In this document: piece by piece, positions 49,911-49,965 of the stretch
How the letters are laid out: each line of letters begins with the position of its first letter
Position numbering within the stretch: position 1 is the stretch's first letter
Assembly (NCBI RefSeq): GCF_001194135.2
Contig: NC_068991.1
Coordinates: 12,440,801-12,490,765 of the forward strand
Direction: 5' to 3'
Length of the DNA: 49,965 bases
Source: Octopus bimaculoides
Taxonomy: Eukaryota
The notes under the pieces: generated by a model
Seen by the model: the letters and a program-made list of their open reading frames with translations, nothing else
Database searches by the model: none
What the model was told of the DNA's origin: nothing
Made by a program: the position numbers and the translations under genes

Positions 49911-49965
<55 letters not shown>
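49823..49965. repeat. (TAG)n microsatellite running off the window end
   Basis: Directly visible. Confidence 0.98.

Noticed and set aside
1-49965. CRISPR arrays, rRNA, bacterial-type operons or terminators, common conserved miRNAs
   Set aside because: The context is a eukaryotic repeat landscape. I saw no repeat-spacer periodicity or rRNA motifs and no common miRNA by eye; a formal miRBase/MirGeneDB scan was not possible.

Overview
AT-rich, microsatellite-saturated animal genomic DNA with 19 N-gaps (about 7.6 kb by hand count), most of them flanked by simple repeats. The repeat families look like those of an octopus, which is an inference from recalled repeats and not a database result. I find no confidently supported host protein-coding gene, functional tRNA/rRNA or CRISPR array; nearly all ORF-track entries are microsatellite or gap artefacts. 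The window does contain fossils of three non-LTR retrotransposon lineages: an L1/Tx1-like ORF2 piece at 2-244 with an open frame, an R4/Dong-like RT-to-linker piece at 14944-15691, and a C-terminal piece of a restriction-like-endonuclease (RLE) LINE at 23217-23444. It also has two distinct mariner transposase C-termini (24375-24584 and 40401-40706), tandem pogo/Tigger-like termini, and a modular set of tRNA-derived SINEs and tailed retroposons (my working labels A-F). The most interesting observations are a SINE with a twin-priming-like 5' inversion (21758-22173), a 190-nt fold-back whose differences are mostly G.U-compatible (18486-18676), chains of retroposons in ATT/TAA tracts beside a Dong-like LINE, an inverted duplication spanning a gap (43578-44520), and a few weak exon and cis-regulatory candidates. 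I cannot support a claim of a new multi-gene system here.
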